Source of the DNA: Candidatus Yanofskybacteria bacterium
GTDB lineage: Bacteria; Patescibacteriota; Minisyncoccia; Minisyncoccales; UBA10102
Reading direction: 5' to 3'
Assembly: GCA_030688685.1 (NCBI GenBank)
Contig: JAUYJF010000006.1
Location: forward strand, 120-64,119
Length of the DNA: 64,000 nucleotides
Both the position numbers and the translations under genes were made by a program. Positions 25,812-34,877 of this stretch are shown one piece after another. Positions within the stretch are counted from its first letter, which is position 1. Every line of letters starts with the position of its first letter. Below the pieces are notes generated by a model, which was not told where the DNA came from, did not search any database, and saw only the letters and a list, made by a program, of their open reading frames with translations.

Positions 25812-26369
25812 TTAGCTCTTGGTAAATGGGAATCCTAACGCGGAAAACAACTCCAATCCTTCTTCACGGGTTTTCGCGGATGTCGTAATCGTTACTTCCA
25901 GTCCGAAGATATTCCTGACCTTCTCTGGGCTAATCTCGGGAAAAAAGATGTGCTCTCTTATTCCTAGAGTAAGATTGCCCTCCTTGTCAACGGATGAGGA
26001 CTTTATCCCTCTAAAATCTCGGGTCCTCGGCAGCATGATATGGATCAGGCGATCAAGGAAATCAAACATGCGCGTTCCCCGGAGCGTAACCTTTGCTCCC
26101 ACCGGCATTCCCGCGCGGGTTTTAAAAGCCGCAATGGATTTTTTTGCCTGCGTGATCTGGGCTTTCTGGCCAGTAATAATCGTGAGATCTTTCACGATTT
26201 CTTCCGCGGTCTTCCGCTGATCATCTGATCCCTTGCCAGAAATAAGCCGTCCGAATGAGGTATTTACGGTTACTTTCTCAATCCTAGGCACCATCATCAC
26301 GCTCTTATACCCGAATTTCTCGCGGAGAGCCGGTGCTGCCTTTTTTTGTTGTTCTTGAAGCTTTTGCAT
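25812..26369 (-). CDS. rplE: 50S ribosomal protein L5
   Basis: ITGQKA, KVTLRG, PRTRDFRG, FPEI. Confidence 0.98.
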   Translation of the reverse strand: MQKLQEQQKKAAPALREKFGYKSVMMVPRIEKVTVNTSFGRLISGKGSDDQRKTAEEIVKDLTIITGQKAQITQAKKSIAAFKTRAGMPVGAKVTLRGTRMFDFLDRLIHIMLPRTRDFRGIKSSSVDKEGNLTLGIREHIFFPEISPEKVRNIFGLEVTITTSAKTREEGLELFSALGFPFTKS

Positions 26370-26373
26370 AAAA

Positions 26374-26679
26374 TCACATGGCGGCCCCGCACGACTTGCA
26401 CATTCTTGTTTTTGTTTTTCCCTCTATCTTATATCCAACACGCGTGGCTTTTCCGCATTTGGGGCACACAACCTTTGCCTTGGAAACACCAAAGGGAGCG
26501 GGAATTTCAATAACTTGGCCTTTCTCTCCTGATTTCCTTGGGCGCACATGCTTTTTCAGAATATTGATTCCTTCCACGGCAATTTTCGCGTCTTGTGAAT
26601 GGACGCGCAAAACCTTCCCCTTTTTTCCCCGGTCTTTCCCCGCGATTATAAGAATGGTGTCGCCTTTCTTGATCTTCAT
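26374..26679 (-). CDS. rplX: 50S ribosomal protein L24
   Basis: MKIKKGD..IIAGKDRGKKG. Confidence 0.97.
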   Translation of the reverse strand: MKIKKGDTILIIAGKDRGKKGKVLRVHSQDAKIAVEGINILKKHVRPRKSGEKGQVIEIPAPFGVSKAKVVCPKCGKATRVGYKIEGKTKTRMCKSCGAAM

Positions 26680-26689
26680 GTGTTTGTCG

Positions 26690-27061
26690 TTACAGGACTT
26701 CGCTTGAAAGAGAAGCGATTTTTGTATAACCCGCCTCTCGAAGTTCCCGGGGAATGGGTCCGAAAATTCGGTTTCCCCGCGGTTCCTTTTTTCCTTTTTC
26801 AATAATAACAGCCGCGTTTTCGTCAAAATAAATGGAGGACCCGTCGGCTCTTCGGTATGGCTGGCGCTGGCGTACAATAACCGCGTGCACAATTTCGTGC
26901 TTCTTCACAAGCCGGCGGGGCTCCGCGTCTTTCACGGCGGCCACAATCACATCTCCGATCCTGGCGTATCTCCGCCTTGTTCCTCCCAGCACGCGGAAAC
27001 ACTGGATCATTTTTGCTCCAGTATTATCTGCCACCGTAAGTTGTGTTTGCGGTTGAATCAT
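26690..27061 (-). CDS. rplN: 50S ribosomal protein L14
   Basis: [31 protein letters not shown]. Confidence 0.98.
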   Translation of the reverse strand: MIQPQTQLTVADNTGAKMIQCFRVLGGTRRRYARIGDVIVAAVKDAEPRRLVKKHEIVHAVIVRQRQPYRRADGSSIYFDENAAVIIEKGKKEPRGNRIFGPIPRELREAGYTKIASLSSEVL

Positions 27062-27297
27062 GCTGTTTCTTTTGGTACTACTCTCCACCGTTTCTCGCGG
27101 GAAAGAGGGCGTGTTTCTTCAATGGTCACTTTCTCGCCTTCTTTGCGTTCATTCTTCTCATCATGCGCCTTATAGCGCTTGTGCGCCCGAAACCGTCTCC
27201 CGTATTTGGGGTGCTTTTTCCAATCCTCAACCTCCACGACAACGGTCTTGTCCATTTTGTCTGACACAATAATTCCGTGTAATTGCTTTTTTGGCAT
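27058..27297 (-). CDS. rpsQ: 30S ribosomal protein S17
   Basis: [21 protein letters not shown]. Confidence 0.98.
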   Translation of the reverse strand: MPKKQLHGIIVSDKMDKTVVVEVEDWKKHPKYGRRFRAHKRYKAHDEKNERKEGEKVTIEETRPLSREKRWRVVPKETA

Positions 27298-27301
27298 ATG
27301 G

Positions 27302-27484
27302 TTAGGTTGTTTTCTTCGTCATTTCCGTGCATATCCGCGCGATATCTTTTCTCAACAGGCGAAGAGAACGCACGTTTTTCACCTTGCCCGCGGCAAGCTG
27401 AAAGCGAAGGGAGCGCGCCTCTTCCTTCTTGGCAGCAACAAGCTGCTCTAACTCTGCTTTTGTTTTGTCTTGAAATGATTCCAT
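27302..27484 (-). CDS. rpmC: 50S ribosomal protein L29
   Basis: [16 protein letters not shown]; position in operon. Confidence 0.93.
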   Translation of the reverse strand: MESFQDKTKAELEQLVAAKKEEARSLRFQLAAGKVKNVRSLRLLRKDIARICTEMTKKTT

Positions 27485-27486
27485 AT

Positions 27487-27897
27487 CTAGAGTATCCGCT
27501 TTACAAATTTCGTCCGCACGGAAAGCTTGGACGTTGCTTGCTTCAGAGCTGTTTTCGCAACCGTTTCCGGAATCCCGTCCAGCTCAAACAGAATCCGGCC
27601 GGGCTTTATGGAAACCACATAATGATCCACGCCCCCCTTTCCTCCGCCCATGGGGGTTTCCGCTCCCTTCTTGGTGACCGGCTTGTCTGGAAACACGCGG
27701 ATCCAAAGTTTTCCCCCTTTCTTCAGGTGCCGGATAATGGTGCGGCGGGATGCTTCAATTTGGCGCGCGGTAACCCACGCGGTTCCCATGGATTTTAATC
27801 CAAAGGTTCCGAAATTCAACACGGTTCCCCGGGTTTCCAGCCCTTTCGCGCTGCCTCTCATCCATTTCCTGTGTTTTACTTTCTTTGGCGTTAACAT
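27487..27897 (-). CDS. rplP: 50S ribosomal protein L16
   Basis: QIEASR, WIRVFPDKPVT, MGGGKG. Confidence 0.98.
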   Translation of the reverse strand: MLTPKKVKHRKWMRGSAKGLETRGTVLNFGTFGLKSMGTAWVTARQIEASRRTIIRHLKKGGKLWIRVFPDKPVTKKGAETPMGGGKGGVDHYVVSIKPGRILFELDGIPETVAKTALKQATSKLSVRTKFVKRIL

Positions 27898-27903
27898 AAT
27901 GCT

Positions 27904-27976
27904 GACTGTTTACTTGTGACTTTTGACTTGTGACAACTTCTGTCAACAGTCAATCGTCAAATGTCAATTGTCAAAT
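27904..27976. repeat. Short heptamer tandem repeats between rpsC and rplP
   Basis: GACTGTT/TACTTGT/GACTTTT/GACTTGT, then GTCAACA/GTCAATC/GTCAAAT/GTCAATT/GTCAAA. Confidence 0.7.
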
Positions 27977-28608
27977 ATTTCCCCTTTATATATCCAAACT
28001 TTAATTCCAATGGTCCCGTACGTGGTTGTCGCGACCACCTGCGCGTAATCAATATTGGCCCGCAGGGTCTGGCGGGGAAGCCGTCCGTCCTGCACCCATT
28101 CCCGCCTGGACATATCCGCTCCTCCCAAACGTCCCGCGATCTCAATCCGAGCGCCTTCTATTCCTTTCGTGCTCATGATCTTGGAAAGCGTCTGTTTCAA
28201 CACGCGGCGAAAAGGCATTCGCTTCTCAAGCTGTTGGGCAATAGCCTGGCCGGTTAAGGAAGCGGATTCCCAAGGATTCCTGATTTCCCGAATATCCAAC
28301 TTTATTTCTGTTTTCCTGGCAGTTCCAATAAGCTTCAGGAGAGCGCGGCGCAATTCCTCAATGCCAGACCCTCCTCTCCCGATTACCAATCCGGGCCGGC
28401 CCGTTGAAATAATAATGTTCAATTTCCCCGCCTGTCGCTCAATCTCAATACTGGCAATACCCGCTTCCTTGAGCTTTTTTGAGAGATAGGCGCGAATCCG
28501 AACATCTTCCTCCAAAAGCTTGGGGTAATCTTTCTTTGCGATCCATCGAGACGCCCATCCCTGGGTATCCTTGAGGCGAAATCCAATTGGGTGAACCTTA
28601 TGCGACAT
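27964..28608 (-). CDS. rpsC: 30S ribosomal protein S3
   Basis: KVHPIGFRL, RPGLVIG, GRLGGA, LRANIDY. Confidence 0.98.
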   Translation of the reverse strand: MSHKVHPIGFRLKDTQGWASRWIAKKDYPKLLEEDVRIRAYLSKKLKEAGIASIEIERQAGKLNIIISTGRPGLVIGRGGSGIEELRRALLKLIGTARKTEIKLDIREIRNPWESASLTGQAIAQQLEKRMPFRRVLKQTLSKIMSTKGIEGARIEIAGRLGGADMSRREWVQDGRLPRQTLRANIDYAQVVATTTYGTIGIKVWIYKGEIFDN

Positions 28609-28951
28609 GGTTTTCTTTGGTATCTGCTTGCTGTTCTGCTAATTCAATGGTTATATGCGAGGTCTTTTTCTGGATCGGAGTGGCCTGCCCTCTCGCTCGC
28701 GGCAGCCAGCGCTTCAGTTTGGAACCCTCCGCAACTTCAATGCGCGAGATAATCAAACGATCTGCCTCTTGTTGCGCGTTCGCGATCGCGGAATTGAGCA
28801 GTTTCAAAACAGGGTCTGTTCCCTTCTTTTGCGCAAATTGGAGAATCGTCCGCGCGCTGCCCGCGTTTTTCCCGCGAATAAGATCAACGACAAGCCGAAC
28901 CTTGCGGGGCGCTATGCGGAGATTGGAAAGTTTTGCTTTTGCGACTTTCAT
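28598..28951 (-). CDS. rplV: 50S ribosomal protein L22
   Basis: RIAPRKVRLV, PRARG, SHITI. Confidence 0.98.
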   Translation of the reverse strand: MKVAKAKLSNLRIAPRKVRLVVDLIRGKNAGSARTILQFAQKKGTDPVLKLLNSAIANAQQEADRLIISRIEVAEGSKLKRWLPRARGQATPIQKKTSHITIELAEQQADTKENHVA

Positions 28952-28953
28952 GG

Positions 28954-29241
28954 TTATTTCTTTGGTTTCTCTGCCTCTTTCTGTATTTTTCCTCCATGCC
29001 GCACAAATTTCTTCGTGGGGGAGAATTCACCTAAGCGATGCCCAACCATTTCCTCTCGCACAATGACAGAAATGAAATCTTTTCCGTTGTGCACAGCAAA
29101 TGTCATTCCAACCATTTCAGGGGAAATCGTGGAGCGCCGGGACCACGTTTTAATCGCGGTCTTCTCGCCGGGAGCAAGCTTGCTGATCTTCTCAAGAAGC
29201 CTGCTGTCTATATAGGGGCCTTTTTTCAGTGACCTGCTCAT
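28954..29241 (-). CDS. rpsS: 30S ribosomal protein S19
   Basis: [21 protein letters not shown]. Confidence 0.98.
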   Translation of the reverse strand: MSRSLKKGPYIDSRLLEKISKLAPGEKTAIKTWSRRSTISPEMVGMTFAVHNGKDFISVIVREEMVGHRLGEFSPTKKFVRHGGKIQKEAEKPKK

Positions 29242-30023
29242 GATTTCTTTTTCTTTTCCCTTCTTCTCACGATAAGCTTATTGGACCATTTTTTCTTTCC
29301 GCGGGTCTTCACTCCCAGCGCTTTCTTGCCCCAAGGAGTCTTGGGCGCCTTCAATCCCACGGGGGCCTTTCCTTCTCCTCCTCCGTGCGGATGGTCAACG
29401 GGATTCATGGCGGTCCCGCGCACATTTGGCCTTCTTCCCTTTCTGCGCGCCGCTCCCGCGTTCTTCACGCGCTCATAGCGATGTCCTGGATTAGATACCA
29501 TACCCACAGACGCAAAACAAGAGCTCAGCACCTTGCGCACCTCTTTGGAAGGAAGCTCCAAAAGCGTATACTGCCCTTCGTGAGCGAGAATGGGAGCTCC
29601 CGCTCCCGCTCCCCTGGCCATCTTTCCTCCCTCTCCGGGAGCAAGCTCAATATTATACACCATGGTTCCCACGGGAATGTACCCTAACCTCATGCGATTC
29701 CCTCCTTTGATGTCGGTCTTTTCAGCGCACAGGATTTCCTGCCCTGCTTCTATTCCCTGGGGCGCAAGAACGTACCCTGATCTGCCGTTGTCATAGGAAA
29801 CGAGCGCGATGTGGGCGTTTCGGTTGGGATCGTATTCAATCCGTTCCACTTTTCCTTTCCTATTCAAAAATTCCTGGCCAAAACTTACGTTCCTCCATAA
29901 TTTTCTGGATCCTCCTCCCCGCTGCCAGGCTGTAATATGTCCAAACATATTCCGGCCCCCTGTTTTCTTCAGGGATTTCAGCAAGCTTTTCTTGGGCTGA
30001 TTTTTGCTCAGGGTTGTTTTCAT
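29238..30023 (-). CDS. rplB: 50S ribosomal protein L2
   Basis: [30 protein letters not shown]. Confidence 0.98.
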   Translation of the reverse strand: MKTTLSKNQPKKSLLKSLKKTGGRNMFGHITAWQRGGGSRKLWRNVSFGQEFLNRKGKVERIEYDPNRNAHIALVSYDNGRSGYVLAPQGIEAGQEILCAEKTDIKGGNRMRLGYIPVGTMVYNIELAPGEGGKMARGAGAGAPILAHEGQYTLLELPSKEVRKVLSSCFASVGMVSNPGHRYERVKNAGAARRKGRRPNVRGTAMNPVDHPHGGGEGKAPVGLKAPKTPWGKKALGVKTRGKKKWSNKLIVRRREKKKKS

Positions 30024-30025
30024 GG

Positions 30026-30421
30026 TCACAGAGAAGCAAATTCAATATGATCTCCTTTTTTCACCTGCACGATTGCTTTTTTCGCGATCGTTTTCTTGCC
30101 GATACCGCTTCGTCTTCTCACGTTCTTGATTCTGGAAGCTGCCATGCGCACACCGGTCACCTTCACTCCAAAGACACTTTCCACGGATTCCTTTACCTGG
30201 TGCTTGGTGGAGTTGGCAAATACATCAAACACATAGGTCCCGTGTTCGGCGCTCTTCACCGCTTTTTCGGTAACATGCGGCCGGATAAGCGTGCGTTCAG
30301 CCAATACAGAGGGATTCTTTGTTTTAGAATCTCCCTTTGAAACAGCGCTGGAAGATTGCTTTTTGCTTGCAGCCTTCTCTGCCGGTTTTTCTTTTTTCGC
30401 GAGGATATTTTTCAAAGGCAT
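30026..30421 (-). CDS. rplW: 50S ribosomal protein L23 with Lys-rich N-terminal extension
   Basis: PHVTEKA, VESVFGVKV, KKAIV. Confidence 0.93.
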   Translation of the reverse strand: MPLKNILAKKEKPAEKAASKKQSSSAVSKGDSKTKNPSVLAERTLIRPHVTEKAVKSAEHGTYVFDVFANSTKHQVKESVESVFGVKVTGVRMAASRIKNVRRRSGIGKKTIAKKAIVQVKKGDHIEFASL

Positions 30422-30422
30422 A

Positions 30423-31058
30423 CTATTTCTTTTTTCCCGCAAAGGTTTCTTCAAGAACCTGGATGGATTCTTTGGGAAGCACCAAATAGCGCGTATTCAG
30501 CAGATCCAGCGCGTTTAAGTCCCTCGCCTGCATGGGAACAGCAAAGGCAATGTTCTGGATCGCCCGGATCAACGCCTGGTTCATGGACGGAAGCGCGATC
30601 AGGGTACGCTTGCTGTCGCAGGGAAGGGAGGTAAGCATGGAGGCAATATTTTTGGTTTTTGCTTCCACGGCGCTCAGGTCATCCACGATAAGGATCTCCT
30701 TGTCCTTCATTTTTTCAGAGAGCACGCAAAAGAGCGCTTTTCTTCTCATTTTCTTGTTAATCTTCAGCTCAACCGTGCCGGTTCTCGGTCCAAAGGTTAC
30801 TCCTCCTCCGCGCCAAATGGGAGATCTCGTGGATCCGTGGCGGGCGCGCCCCGTATGCTTTTGCGCCCAGGGTTTTCTTCCTCCCCCGGAAACCTCAGCG
30901 CGAGTCTTCGCGTGAGCTGATCCTTGGCTCCTGTTGTTTTTCTGAGACGTTACAACCTGATGAACCAACGCGGGATTCCACGCCACATTAAACAGCTGCT
31001 GGGGCAATTCCATTGTCCCGATTTCTTCTCCTTTGGTGTTGTAGAGAGAAATAGTCAT
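30423..31058 (-). CDS. rplD: 50S ribosomal protein L4
   Basis: KTRAEVSGGGRKPWAQKHTGRAR. Confidence 0.98.
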   Translation of the reverse strand: MTISLYNTKGEEIGTMELPQQLFNVAWNPALVHQVVTSQKNNRSQGSAHAKTRAEVSGGGRKPWAQKHTGRARHGSTRSPIWRGGGVTFGPRTGTVELKINKKMRRKALFCVLSEKMKDKEILIVDDLSAVEAKTKNIASMLTSLPCDSKRTLIALPSMNQALIRAIQNIAFAVPMQARDLNALDLLNTRYLVLPKESIQVLEETFAGKKK

Positions 31059-31654
31059 AGGGTATGTGAGCCGCGAATTTCCAGAAGCGTACCCCGAGCT
31101 CCAGGTACCGCTCCCTTCACTGCCATCAGACTATGCTCAGCGTCAATTTTCATAACCTGCAGATTTTTCACCGTTATGCGGGACCTGCCTGCTTGTCCCG
31201 GCATTCTCCTTCCCTTGATAACCCGCTGGGGAAACCTTCCTCCGACAGATCCGATAGTTCGCTGTTCATGCTTTACTCCGTGGGTTGAGTTTCTTCCCGC
31301 GAATCCGTGGCGCTTTACTCCCCCCTGGAATCCCTTTCCTTTTGAAACGCCCGCGACCGTAACCATATCTCCCTCCTGAAACAAAGAAACATCCAAGCTT
31401 GAGCCAGCTTGGAATGATTCGCCCTCACCTACCTTGAACTCTTTCAAATGCGTAAATGGGGCTGCTTTCTTGGACTTCTTGGGCTTTGCAATTTGCTTCA
31501 ATCCCGCCTGAATCGCGGAATACCCGTCTTTCTCGCTTGTTTTAATCTGGGTAACCGTCATTGGGCGCACTTGAAGAATGGTAACGGGAACAACCCGTCC
31601 TTGTTCATCAAAGATCTGCGTCATTTCAATTTTCTTTCCCAGTATTGCTTTCAT
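31055..31654 (-). CDS. rplC: 50S ribosomal protein L3
   Basis: MKAILGKKIEMTQ, SKGKGFQGGVKR, KGAVPG. Confidence 0.98.
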   Translation of the reverse strand: MKAILGKKIEMTQIFDEQGRVVPVTILQVRPMTVTQIKTSEKDGYSAIQAGLKQIAKPKKSKKAAPFTHLKEFKVGEGESFQAGSSLDVSLFQEGDMVTVAGVSKGKGFQGGVKRHGFAGRNSTHGVKHEQRTIGSVGGRFPQRVIKGRRMPGQAGRSRITVKNLQVMKIDAEHSLMAVKGAVPGARGTLLEIRGSHTL

Positions 31655-31777
31655 GTTTCCTGTTGTCGTGAATATCCAACAAAACACCGGGTACTGCCCC
31701 CGGTATGAAAAACGGAAGTCTGTACCTGAAGGGATCACCAAATCCTGTAGCCTGAAAGGTGAAACCGCATGTGCGTA

Positions 31778-31806
31778 AGTGTAACGCATTCCGCGCATTG
31801 CGTCAA
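31778..31806 (-). promoter_or_regulatory. Dedicated promoter for the rplC operon, ahead of a ~115-nt structured leader
   Basis: TTGACG-17 bp-TACACT. Confidence 0.6.
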
Positions 31807-31894
31807 TAGGCATAAAAACTGAGCCTTGTACGGCCCTTAAAAAGGCGGGGGCGCTCAAGAAATGCGCTTCCCCCGCCTTATATTGAAGAGGTTA

Positions 31895-32104
31895 TCACCC
31901 CTTTCCATATGAGGCTACCTCCAAAGTACGTAGGTTCGCCTTGAGATTCTTCTTGCAGTCCGGACACCAGGCATTGCCATCCTCCAGCCGGTGGCCTCCC
32001 ACGTCTACCGAGGTGTTCCCCTCATAGTCCGTCGTCAGTACCTCCTTGTACCTTTCTCCACATATTCTGCACTGTGTGAAGCCTTGCCACTCTGTGTTTC
32101 TCAT
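31895..32104 (-). CDS. Small CxxC...CxxC zinc-ribbon protein (69 aa)
   Basis: AAGGAGG RBS; CRIC and CPDC; terminator at about 31838-31880. Confidence 0.65.
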   Translation of the reverse strand: MRNTEWQGFTQCRICGERYKEVLTTDYEGNTSVDVGGHRLEDGNAWCPDCKKNLKANLRTLEVASYGKG

Positions 32105-32229
32105 CTCATCCTCCTTACTCCTCCTGAACTCCCTTTCTCGCTTCGGATGCTTCTTTATACGCCGCAAAGAGAAAAATGCAAATATACAAATAAAGAGACG
32201 AATGAGAGGCGGGATTCTTCCCGCCTCTC

Positions 32230-32394
32230 TCACGCGATATGCTTGGCAATCTCTTTTGAAGGAGCGTAAAGCTCCTTACTTGGCTCCGTAGGAGAATGCC
32301 AGCAAACTCTGCCGGTTCCGTCCCGGCATACCCACAATCTCCACCTCCCCTCATAGGTAATGCCTGGATTTTTACACCGCGGGCAAAAGAGCAT
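32230..32394 (-). CDS. Small Cys-rich zinc-ribbon-like protein (54 aa)
   Basis: Manual translation MLFCPRCKNPGITYEGRWRLWVCRDGTGRVCWHSPTEP...; AGGAAGGA RBS; hairpin after the stop. Confidence 0.5.
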   Translation of the reverse strand: MLFCPRCKNPGITYEGRWRLWVCRDGTGRVCWHSPTEPSKELYAPSKEIAKHIA

Positions 32395-32529
32395 GAAAAT
32401 CCTTCCTTTCTGCAGAAAGGGTGCAGGAGGTTCTTGCTAGTGTATCTTCCGCAGCAGGAAAGCGTCAAGAGGAATCCTCTCGTACTTTCGGTGGATCCGG
32501 TTCCTTGTTCCGGCCAAGGATAAACTTGT

Positions 32530-33249
32530 CTAGGCGAACACGAGAAGACGAAAGCCAACAAGGAGAAGAAAAACAGCTACAAGAAGTCGGAAGTACTTCT
32601 GGGGCACCTTTTCCACAATCCCCTTTGCGAGGACAGCCCCCAGCAAAGAAGCCGGAACAAACAAGAAAAGCCCCCAGAAAAGATGGGAGGGCAGAGTCGC
32701 CCCGCCGCTTATATACGCTCCAACGCGCGTACTATCCACCGCAAAGCCAATCGCCCCGGAGGTAGCAAGATACACCGCCTTTGGTAGATCAAACAGGCTC
32801 AGGAATGCGCCCCTCACCGCTCCCCCAATTCCAAAAATACCCGCAAAGAATCCGGACAATACCCCTCCCGCAAGCGCAGTACCACTGGTTTTAGGAAGCT
32901 TGAGCCGCGGCTTTAACAAAAGAAGCCCAACATAGCCAATAAGGAAAGCACCCAGTACGCGAGAGAGCAAAATCTCTGGTACCTCAAATACAAGCTGAAC
33001 GGCAAAGAAAGTCGCCAAAACCCCTGGAGCTCCAAAGAGCATGATAAGGCGCCACCGCAATCCCTCCCGGAAAAGCGCCACTTTCCAGATATCAACTGAC
33101 CAGTGAATAATCCCCGCGAACAGCAGGGTAACAGGGAGCGGAAAGAAAAAGAGCAAAACCGGCACCATGATAGTTGAGGTGCCAAAACCGCTCACTGTTC
33201 CCACAAAGGAAGCAACCGCAACAAGCAGCGCGAGCGCGAGGGTTTCCAT
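32530..33249 (-). CDS. TauE/SafE (TSUP) family membrane transporter
   Basis: SGFG, GFFAGIFGIGG, multiple TM helices. Confidence 0.88.
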   Translation of the reverse strand: METLALALLVAVASFVGTVSGFGTSTIMVPVLLFFFPLPVTLLFAGIIHWSVDIWKVALFREGLRWRLIMLFGAPGVLATFFAVQLVFEVPEILLSRVLGAFLIGYVGLLLLKPRLKLPKTSGTALAGGVLSGFFAGIFGIGGAVRGAFLSLFDLPKAVYLATSGAIGFAVDSTRVGAYISGGATLPSHLFWGLFLFVPASLLGAVLAKGIVEKVPQKYFRLLVAVFLLLVGFRLLVFA

Positions 33250-33311
33250 GAGTGCTTTATACCATCAAATACGTGAATGGGGAAAACTTAGCCGAGCTAA
33301 GGTGGGACTAA

Positions 33312-33354
33312 AAATGACCAAGTCGAGTGAGTCATTTACGGAGCGGGGCGGTTT
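33312..33354. repeat. Palindromic 10-6-10 site, copy 1
   Basis: AAATGACCAA-GTCGAG-TGAGTCATTT-ACGGAGCGGGGCGGTTT. Confidence 0.8.
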
Positions 33355-33486
33355 GGGGGTTTTCCAGCCCGCGAGCAGGTCCTTTGGTTCAGGACGACTC
33401 TTGACAGCTCTTGATCCTCTTTGCTATCATTAGAGTATCACCACGAAAAAGACCCTTGCATGGATCCGTCCATACTGGGGGCTTTT

Positions 33487-33987
33487 TCATTTTAGCTCAT
33501 ACCCTACCTTATGCTTTACCTCGTTTAAATATACAATCGGAACGCCTGTTCTCTTTAATAAAACAGAACACTTGCTTGTGGGCGCGGGAGAGACGATGTC
33601 ACAATGGACCCCTTTTTCTGCCCAAAACTTTACCAATGGAGTGTAGTCGCCATCGCTTGAGACAAGCACAACAGAGGCAACGCCCTGCTCAAAGTAATCT
33701 CTTGCCGCCTGGAGCACCAAATCAGCATCACAATTTCCCTTCGCCCTTCCGTTGCCATCGTAAATAACCTCTTTAAAGACCAGCACATACCCGATGTTTT
33801 GCAGAGCGGTATAAAGATTCGCGTGTTTGGGCATCAAGCCAATGAACAAATAAGCATCCGTCGCACCGAATTTTTGACGGATCCAAGACCGGAATTTTCG
33901 ATAATCCAGCTTCCACAATGAGGACTCAACACCCTTGTGAAGGTTTGCTCCGTCTATATACGCAATATTCTTGGGGGTGGGCTGCAT
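33487..33987 (-). CDS. NYN-domain (LabA/DUF88, PIN-fold) nuclease
   Basis: YIDGANL, KGNCDADLV, LVSSDGDY. Confidence 0.9.
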   Translation of the reverse strand: MQPTPKNIAYIDGANLHKGVESSLWKLDYRKFRSWIRQKFGATDAYLFIGLMPKHANLYTALQNIGYVLVFKEVIYDGNGRAKGNCDADLVLQAARDYFEQGVASVVLVSSDGDYTPLVKFWAEKGVHCDIVSPAPTSKCSVLLKRTGVPIVYLNEVKHKVGYELK

Positions 33988-34046
33988 ATTTTTGGATTTT
34001 ATTGACAAACTATCTCCACCATACCCCCTTTGGAAGTGGGTTTCAA

Positions 34047-34070
34047 TCCTTCGACTACGCTCAGGACAAA
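34047..34070. repeat. REP-like element fragment
   Basis: TCCTTCGACTACGCTCAGGACAAA, a widespread short repeat that translates as CPERSRR on the other strand. Confidence 0.55.
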
Positions 34071-34195
34071 CCTGAATTTGAGGCAAATTTCCACCATTTG
34101 GCGCAGGGCTGGGCTAAGCCGTACTTAGTCTAGTTCACAATATGACACTAGTCTGGGACTAAGCGAGGAAAACTTGTCCCGATGAAGTTTTGGGG

Positions 34196-34238
34196 AAATG
34201 ACTCAGTCGAGTGAGTCATTTACGAGGCGGGGCGGTTT
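34196..34238. repeat. Palindromic 10-6-10 site, copy 2
   Basis: AAATGACTCA-GTCGAG-TGAGTCATTT-ACGAGGCGGGGCGGTTT. Confidence 0.8.
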
Positions 34239-34357
34239 AAATTAGAGGCCCGTGGATGCACAGAGGTGCTTGCGCACCGGTGCTCATTGTACTAGCATGG
34301 GGCCAGAACATTTGTGCTACTCCCGCCATTCCATCAATCGCCAAAAAAGGAGGTAGC

Positions 34358-34534
34358 ATGCCTGCACGAAAAGAGCCGCCACTGGAGTTGCTGAGCCGGG
34401 ACGAGTTGCTCGCCTATTGCCAACAACTCCGCGCAAGTTGTTCGTTTTGGCAATGGTTATTCGGTGCTACACTGTTAGCGGCGATCATCGGAGGGCCAAT
34501 CGTCAGCACCATTCTTCGGCGCGGCATTTGTTAG
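34358..34534 (+). CDS. Small membrane protein (58 aa)
   Basis: AAGGAGGT RBS; MPARKEPPLELLSRDELLAYCQQL plus a TM helix; terminator at about 34565-34594. Confidence 0.6.
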   Translation: MPARKEPPLELLSRDELLAYCQQLRASCSFWQWLFGATLLAAIIGGPIVSTILRRGIC

Positions 34535-34697
34535 GACATTGCTGAATCCAAGGCAGAACCCAGAAGGCTACTTCACCGCAGAAGTAGCCTTTTCAATGTG
34601 GATAATTTAACTAGACTGAGTTTGATAGGATTTCCAACTCCAGAAAAAGACCGCCCTTTGGGGGACAGTCTTTTTGTCTCATTACCTCAGCTAACAG

Positions 34698-34877
34698 CTA
34701 ACCCGATAGCCGACATACGTTATACGCCACTCCGAGCACGATGATGCCCAAGATTAAAGCTACAACGGTGGCCCACCAGCCTCTTTTCTCTCGACGCAGC
34801 TCTTCGGTGAGGCGCAGGCATTCCTGTGCCAGCTGCTCTCGACTCATTGAGTTATAGTCGTTCAAGGGGCTATTCAT
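34698..34877 (-). CDS. Small membrane protein (59 aa)
   Basis: Manual translation MNSPLNDYNSMSREQLAQECLRLTEELRREKRGWWATVVALILGIIVLGVAYNVCRLSG; GGAGG upstream. Confidence 0.55.
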   Translation of the reverse strand: MNSPLNDYNSMSREQLAQECLRLTEELRREKRGWWATVVALILGIIVLGVAYNVCRLSG

